DNA of 29,733 nucleotides from positions 1 to 29,733 of IMG/VR virus record IMGVR_UViG_3300020045_006707; one strand, given 5' to 3'. This document shows positions 24,821-29,733 of this stretch, one piece after another. The notes under the pieces are model-generated. The model saw only the letters and a list, made by a program, of their open reading frames with translations. It did no database searches and was not told the DNA's origin. Within the stretch, counting starts at the first letter, position 1. Each line of letters opens with the position of its first letter. The stretch is from a virus (taxonomy: Duplodnaviria > Caudoviricetes). A program made the translations under genes and the position numbers.

Positions 24821-26743
24821 ATGGCAGATTTACTGAGCGCAGGTGTATATTTTACGGAAACCGACAAAACGATTGGAACTACCGCAGTAGCTTCTAATGT
24901 TGCAGCATTCGCAGGTGTTTTCGAATGGGGTCCAGTTTTGGATGTTACCCAAGTAACCAATGAACCAACTTTAGTTGAACGATTTGGTAAACCAAATGAT
25001 GTTACTTATGCATCATTCTTTTCGGCAAAAAACTTTTTGGATTATTCAAATAATCTGATGTTAGTTCGGGTTGCTGTTGCTGCCCAAAAGAATGCAGTTT
25101 CAACTGGTACAGCTATTGCAATTAATAACATGGCTGATTATGAGGCTACATATGCCGATGGAAGCGCTGCTGTTGGTATGTTTGCTGCTAAGTACCCCGG
25201 AGCTATGGGTAACTCATTAAAAGTCAGCATGGCCGATTCTGATACGTTCAGTAAGACTTTGACTGGCACTATTGCAGTTGCATCAGCATCAAATGTTCTG
25301 ACTGGTACTGGTACTGCATTTGATACCCAATTGGCAGTTGGTTCTTTTGTAACATTGACTGTTGGGGGTTCTGTTGTAACTAAACAAGTGACTGCTATTA
25401 CTTCAGCAACTGTTGCAACGGTCGATTCTGTTTATTCTGCTGTTGGAACTGGTTTAACTGGCGTTGCTAAATGGGAATATTATTCTTATTTCGGTTCTGC
25501 CCCAGTAGATTCAAATAAAGCCCTTGATATGGGGGCATCTAAAGATGGTCTTCATATGGTTGTAGTAGATGAAGATGGGGTATTTTCGGGGGCTGTTGGT
25601 TCTATTCTCGAAACCTTTGAAAATGTATCCAAAGCATCTAATGCTATGAAGGATGATGGTTCTTCTGGTTATTACAAAACAGTGCTGAATAATGGTAAGT
25701 ATGTCTATTGGATGGATCATCCTGATACTGCCGATATGACAGGAACTGCTTTGGCATCTGCTTTTGGTTCTGCTATTACATCTGGGGCAATCTATGATAC
25801 CCTGAAGAAACCAGTTTCCCGTTCTCTGGTTTCGGGCGTATCAGCATCTACAGTAACCAATGGGGAACTTCAACTTGGATTTGATATTTTTGCAAATACC
25901 GAAAAATATGATGTTCGCTTGATCTTCACGGGCAAGGCAGATAAAGATGTTTCCCGTTATGTTGTTCAATCTATTGCTGAAACCCGTTTGAATTCTGTTG
26001 CATATGTTTCCCCAAGTAAAGTTGCTGACGGAACCCCATTGGTTGGGGATACTTCAGATACGTTGGATGAAATCATTGCTTGGTATGAAAGCGTTAATAT
26101 TTCTTCTTCATATGGGTTCTGTGATTCTGGTTACAAATATCAATATGACAAATACAATGATGTATATCGTTGGATTCCTTTGAATGCTGATATTGCCGGT
26201 CTTGCTGCCCGTACATCAGATCAAGCTGAAGCATGGTTTAGTCCTGCTGGTTTGAATCGCGGTCAGATTAAGAATGTAACCCGTTTGGGATACAATCCCG
26301 ACAAACCAGCAAGGGACGAATTGTTTAAACGCAATATCAATCCAGTTGTATCATTTCCAGGGGAAGGAACAGTTTTGTTCGGGGACAAGACAATGCTGCG
26401 TCGTCCATCAGCATTTGATGCCCATGGTGTTCGTATGCTGTTCATTGGTTTAGAAATGTCAATTGCATCAATGTCAAAATTCTATTTGTTTGAACAGAAT
26501 ACACCATTAACCCGTCAATTGTTTGCTGGTTCTATTACTCCTCTGCTACGGGATGTAAAGGGTCGCCAGGGTATTACTGATTTCTTTGTTGATGTTGGTT
26601 CTACTGTGAATACGCCTGATACTATTGATGCTGGCGAACTTCGCGCTAATATTTTCATTAAACCAGTTCGGTCTATTCGGTTTATTCGACTTTCTTTTGT
26701 TGCCACCAGAAGTTCGGCCTCATTTTCTGAATTAGTAGTCTAA
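24821..26743 (+). CDS. gp18: Tail sheath protein (T4 gp18-like)
   Basis: LLSAGVYFTETD, AGVFEWGP, AKYPGAMGNSLKV, YKYQYDKYNDVYRWIP, WFSPAGLNRG and FIKP.RSI.FI.L.FVATR. Confidence 0.96.
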   Translation: MADLLSAGVYFTETDKTIGTTAVASNVAAFAGVFEWGPVLDVTQVTNEPTLVERFGKPNDVTYASFFSAKNFLDYSNNLMLVRVAVAAQKNAVSTGTAIAINNMADYEATYADGSAAVGMFAAKYPGAMGNSLKVSMADSDTFSKTLTGTIAVASASNVLTGTGTAFDTQLAVGSFVTLTVGGSVVTKQVTAITSATVATVDSVYSAVGTGLTGVAKWEYYSYFGSAPVDSNKALDMGASKDGLHMVVVDEDGVFSGAVGSILETFENVSKASNAMKDDGSSGYYKTVLNNGKYVYWMDHPDTADMTGTALASAFGSAITSGAIYDTLKKPVSRSLVSGVSASTVTNGELQLGFDIFANTEKYDVRLIFTGKADKDVSRYVVQSIAETRLNSVAYVSPSKVADGTPLVGDTSDTLDEIIAWYESVNISSSYGFCDSGYKYQYDKYNDVYRWIPLNADIAGLAARTSDQAEAWFSPAGLNRGQIKNVTRLGYNPDKPARDELFKRNINPVVSFPGEGTVLFGDKTMLRRPSAFDAHGVRMLFIGLEMSIASMSKFYLFEQNTPLTRQLFAGSITPLLRDVKGRQGITDFFVDVGSTVNTPDTIDAGELRANIFIKPVRSIRFIRLSFVATRSSASFSELVV

Positions 26744-26752
26744 TATTATATC

Positions 26753-26784
26753 ATTTAGGAAGACATAAAACATCTTCCTAAATA
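26753..26784 (+). promoter_or_regulatory. Late promoter of gp19 embedded in an 11-bp inverted repeat
   Basis: atttaggaaga (26753-26763) pairs with tcttcctaaat (26773-26783). CCTAAATA lies at 26777-26784. Confidence 0.6.
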
Positions 26785-26818
26785 GTATTAATAAACAATA
26801 AGTTTAAGGATAAAATAA

Positions 26819-27352
26819 ATGAGCGATATTAATGGGTTCAAATCATCAATTGCAACTGGGGTAGCCCGTGCTAATCAGTTTCAAGTTGATCTATCATTTC
26901 CAAATTTTGTAACTGGGGGTACTGTTGCAGCAACATTGGGTCAATTCCATTGTCGTTCAGCTTCCCTTCCAGCATCAACATTTCAACCAGTACCTGTATT
27001 CTATATGGGTCGTTCGATCAATGTAGCGGGCGAACGTGATTTCCAACCATGGACAGTTGCTATCTACAATGAAAACTTCTTGATTCGGGATGCCTTAATG
27101 AAATGGTCTCATGGTATCAATAATATTTCCAACAACACTGGTAATATTCTTCCTGCCCAATATCAAGCTGATCTGATCGTAAAACATCTTGATCGTAATG
27201 GTACTGTCATCAAGACCATTAAGATTGTTGATGCAATGCCAGTAGATGTTGGGGCAATTGAATTAGCATGGGACTTAAATAATCAAGTTGAAGTATTTCA
27301 GGTAATGTTTGCCTACAACTACTTTGAAGATTTTTCTGTCAATCCATCTTAA
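26819..27352 (+). CDS. gp19: Tail tube protein (T4 gp19-like)
   Basis: ARANQFQV, C..ASLP, GR.INVAGER.F.PWTV, LDR.G and P..VGAIEL.WD. Confidence 0.95.
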   Translation: MSDINGFKSSIATGVARANQFQVDLSFPNFVTGGTVAATLGQFHCRSASLPASTFQPVPVFYMGRSINVAGERDFQPWTVAIYNENFLIRDALMKWSHGINNISNNTGNILPAQYQADLIVKHLDRNGTVIKTIKIVDAMPVDVGAIELAWDLNNQVEVFQVMFAYNYFEDFSVNPS

Positions 27353-27367
27353 TTAACTTTCTATATA

Positions 27368-28717
27368 ATGTCGTACAATATTTTCGGTTTTGAAATCCGT
27401 AAGGCGGCGATTAATCCCGCCCTTACTTCCCCAACAACTAATGATGGGGCAGTTGAACATGACGTTTCTGGTTCATCTGCGGGGGCATATGGGGTATATC
27501 TTGACCTGAATAAACGTATTGTTAATGAAGTTGATCTCATTAACAAGTATCGGGCAATGGCAAATTATCCAGAAATTGATAATGCCATTGAAGATATTGT
27601 AGATGAAGCTATTGTATCAGAAGATGACAAAGCCCCAGTGTCAATCAATTTTCGGACAATGGGGGACGAAATTCCCCTGAATATTCAACAATTGATTTCT
27701 GCTGAATTTGAAACCATTTTGTCATTATATGACTTTCGGGCAGAAGGTCATGATATTTTTAGACAATGGTATGTTGATGGTAGATACTATTCCCAAATCA
27801 TCGTTGATGAAACCAATCTGAAACTTGGCATTCAAGAAATTCGTAATCTTGATCCAAGAAAAACTAAGAAGGTTCGGGAACTAACGAAAACTAAAGGGCC
27901 GGGAGGGGTTGATGTAGTTACTGATGTTCAAGAATACTTTATCTATGGGGATACTGGAACCGCAAATACATCAACTGGGGTGAAGTTATCACCTGATACC
28001 ATTATTCATGCTACATCAGGAAGAACTGATGAATATGGGAATACGGTTAGTTATCTCAATAAATGCATAAAACCCTCAAATCAATTGAGGTATATGGAAG
28101 ATGCTGCTTTGATTTATACATTATCGAGGGCACCATCAAGAAGGGTATTCTATATTGATATTGCTGATATGCCAAAGCAAAAAGCAGATCAGTATATGCA
28201 GAATATCATGACTAAGTTTAAAAATAAGGTAATATACAACAATTCGACCGGAGAAATTTCTGATGACAGAGTTCATCAGACATTAATGGATGACTACTGG
28301 TTACCCAGAAGGTCCGGGGGGAGGTCCACGGAAATTCAACAATTGCCATCTGAAAACATCACTGGTCAAATTGAAAACATCATGTACTTTCTGAACAAAG
28401 TATATGGAGCTTTGAATATTCCCCAAAGTCGGGTAAAACAAGATGCTGGATTTTCATTGGGTCGTTCCCAAGAAATTACAAGGGATGAACTTAAATTTTC
28501 TAAGTTCATTGATCGATTAAGAAACAAGTTTTCTGATATTTTCCTTCAGGCATTAAGGGTTCAATTGGTTCTAAAGGGAATCATCACCCCCGAAGATTGG
28601 GATTTCATCAAATCAAGAATCGCGTTTGATTATCAACGAGATAACTATTTTACTGAACTGAAAGAATCAGAAATTCTAACCAATCTTCCCCAACATATGT
28701 ATAACCATTCTTTTTAG
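27368..28717 (+). CDS. gp20: Portal vertex protein (T4 gp20-like), C-terminally truncated at ~28685
   Basis: YR.MA.YPEID.AIEDIV, FRQWYVDGR, SRAP.RRVFYID, DYWLPRR and EITRDELKF.KFI.RLR. Similarity stops after YFTELKESEILTN. Confidence 0.93.
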   Translation: MSYNIFGFEIRKAAINPALTSPTTNDGAVEHDVSGSSAGAYGVYLDLNKRIVNEVDLINKYRAMANYPEIDNAIEDIVDEAIVSEDDKAPVSINFRTMGDEIPLNIQQLISAEFETILSLYDFRAEGHDIFRQWYVDGRYYSQIIVDETNLKLGIQEIRNLDPRKTKKVRELTKTKGPGGVDVVTDVQEYFIYGDTGTANTSTGVKLSPDTIIHATSGRTDEYGNTVSYLNKCIKPSNQLRYMEDAALIYTLSRAPSRRVFYIDIADMPKQKADQYMQNIMTKFKNKVIYNNSTGEISDDRVHQTLMDDYWLPRRSGGRSTEIQQLPSENITGQIENIMYFLNKVYGALNIPQSRVKQDAGFSLGRSQEITRDELKFSKFIDRLRNKFSDIFLQALRVQLVLKGIITPEDWDFIKSRIAFDYQRDNYFTELKESEILTNLPQHMYNHSF

Positions 28718-29114
28718 TAACCGACCCTGCACCTCTTGATGAAACGCCAAATTTGACACCATCATCAATTAATGATTCGAGTAATTTTCCGAGGGGGCTA
28801 GACAAAACTTTGGCCTTGCCGTTCCAATACTTACCTTCTTTGATGACTTCCGTTGTGAGAATACATGCCCGTTCTGGATCAATAGATAAAGAAGCAGAAT
28901 GATTTAATTCTCCCAATGCCCGATTCTCATTAATATATTCTTTGATATACTTATTAACTGCTTTATCCATTACTTTTTCTGGATAGATACGGTTATTCTG
29001 ATTTGGTTTATCAAACATCAAGAATGGCCCCGCGATATACATTCGCTTGGTGCCTTCTTTGGTTCCTTCAATCAATACTTCAGTATCAATTGTTTTTTCG
29101 ATTAGAAATTTCAT
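28650..29114 (-). CDS. gp21: Prohead core protease (T4 gp21-like), C-terminally truncated at ~28682
   Basis: YIAGPF, N.N.RIYP, RALGELNH, GKAKVL..P.G and GVSSRG.GS. It ends at VGED without the expected downstream D.V..PS motif. Confidence 0.9.
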   Translation of the reverse strand: MKFLIEKTIDTEVLIEGTKEGTKRMYIAGPFLMFDKPNQNNRIYPEKVMDKAVNKYIKEYINENRALGELNHSASLSIDPERACILTTEVIKEGKYWNGKAKVLSSPLGKLLESLIDDGVKFGVSSRGAGSVTKKNGYTYVGEDWLEFLILSVQ

Positions 29115-29503
29115 GGTTCAATGCCTTGTTCTGGTCTAAATAATGGACGATATCCTTGTAGTTTCAATAATCTAAAATATACAGTACATGCGCCCGTAGT
29201 AGCCACGCCAATATCAAATGTGTTATTGGTAGAATCTGCCCCATATTCCATTGGCATTTGTTGGGTGTTTTCAAATAGATTCATATTCAAAACTGCATTA
29301 CGGGTTACGCTAACAACAGAATTATTTGAAATAGCAGAATCAATTGCTCCAATATTAACTTTTGGGGTAGCCCCATCCAATTCTTCGTTGGATTTCAATA
29401 AGTCGGTAGCTAGCCCAATCGTAATACTTCCCGCAGCATCAGCAACTACTTTGATCACAGATTCAATGTGACTTAGTTTAATAATAGTTTTAGAAATTGC
29501 CAT
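29111..29503 (-). CDS. Conserved head-cluster structural protein of T4-like phages (upstream of gp21)
   Basis: 130 aa, SD GAGG, ATGA overlap with gp21. The function is inferred from position only. Confidence 0.6.
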   Translation of the reverse strand: MAISKTIIKLSHIESVIKVVADAAGSITIGLATDLLKSNEELDGATPKVNIGAIDSAISNNSVVSVTRNAVLNMNLFENTQQMPMEYGADSTNNTFDIGVATTGACTVYFRLLKLQGYRPLFRPEQGIEP

Positions 29504-29733
29504 TTACTGCCTCAATAATTTGTTTAAAGTTTTGGTAATCAGAAGCCATAAAAACTTCTAATTCGTTTCTATCTATATTTAGGGTAGATAGTTTCTTCAT
29601 AGTTTCTTCTGAAACCATTACTTGGGATTTATCATTCAAAACGAAAGGTAACTTATTCAGGACAGAATCTTTTGCTTTGTATGCAATGACGATTGGATCA
29701 AGGGAAAACGTTTCTTGATCAATACATTCAACA
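29490..29733 (-). CDS. Partial prohead-cluster protein (starts beyond the window; not in the ORF track)
   Basis: Open frame ...VECIDQETFSLDPIVIAYKAKDSVLNKLPFVLNDKSQVMVSEETMKKL...FKQIIEAVNGNF* overlapping the next start codon. Confidence 0.65.
   Translation of the reverse strand, partial: VECIDQETFSLDPIVIAYKAKDSVLNKLPFVLNDKSQVMVSEETMKKLSTLNIDRNELEVFMASDYQNFKQIIEAVNGNF

Noticed and set aside
22578-28717. Introns or inteins in terminase, sheath or portal
   Set aside because: The frames are continuous with no large insertion or intein terminal motifs. After the portal break the sequence is antisense gp21, not intron.
5868-29471. Other small overlapping ORFs (5868, 6387, 8380, 12383, 13623, 15690, 16720, 18794, 18943, 19175, 19922, 24341, 25511, 25998, 26263, 26515, 27361, 29121)
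   Set aside because: They lie almost entirely within longer recognised genes and show no independent coding evidence.
1-29733. Stop-codon reassignment
   Set aside because: Conserved genes (gp8, gp14, gp17, gp18, gp19) are full length in the standard code, no suppressor tRNA is seen, and the gp20/gp21 truncations are explained by one junction.

Overview
This AT-rich window comes from a large T4-like myophage genome. It carries virion genes: a DUF4815/VrlC-like protein split into two genes, gp8 baseplate wedge, gp14 neck, gp17 large terminase, gp18 sheath, gp19 tube, gp20 portal and gp21 prohead protease. Unlike T4, these are scattered on both strands, and most transcription units start at a (C/T)TAAATA late-promoter-like box. 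Auxiliary genes are phoH, a ClpP-like protease, a T5 A1-like nuclease, two related homing-endonuclease-like ORFs (one lacking its nuclease domain) and three tRNAs. Five features stand out. (1) An SF2-helicase-like ORF is preceded by a structured minus-strand RNA leader with complementary kissing loops and an overlapping 32-aa uORF. (2) Next to it lies a ~400-bp imperfect palindrome, possibly an origin. (3) An ADP-ribosyltransferase-like gene is nested in-frame in the 3' end of that helicase ORF, with its own late promoter and the same N-terminal leader as the neighbouring ART gene. (4) An array of paralogous, probably head-packaged proteins spans about 11-19 kb. (5) An inversion junction at about 28682 truncates both portal and prohead protease, and may be an assembly or amplification chimera. 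All family calls come from motif recognition by eye; no database searches were run.
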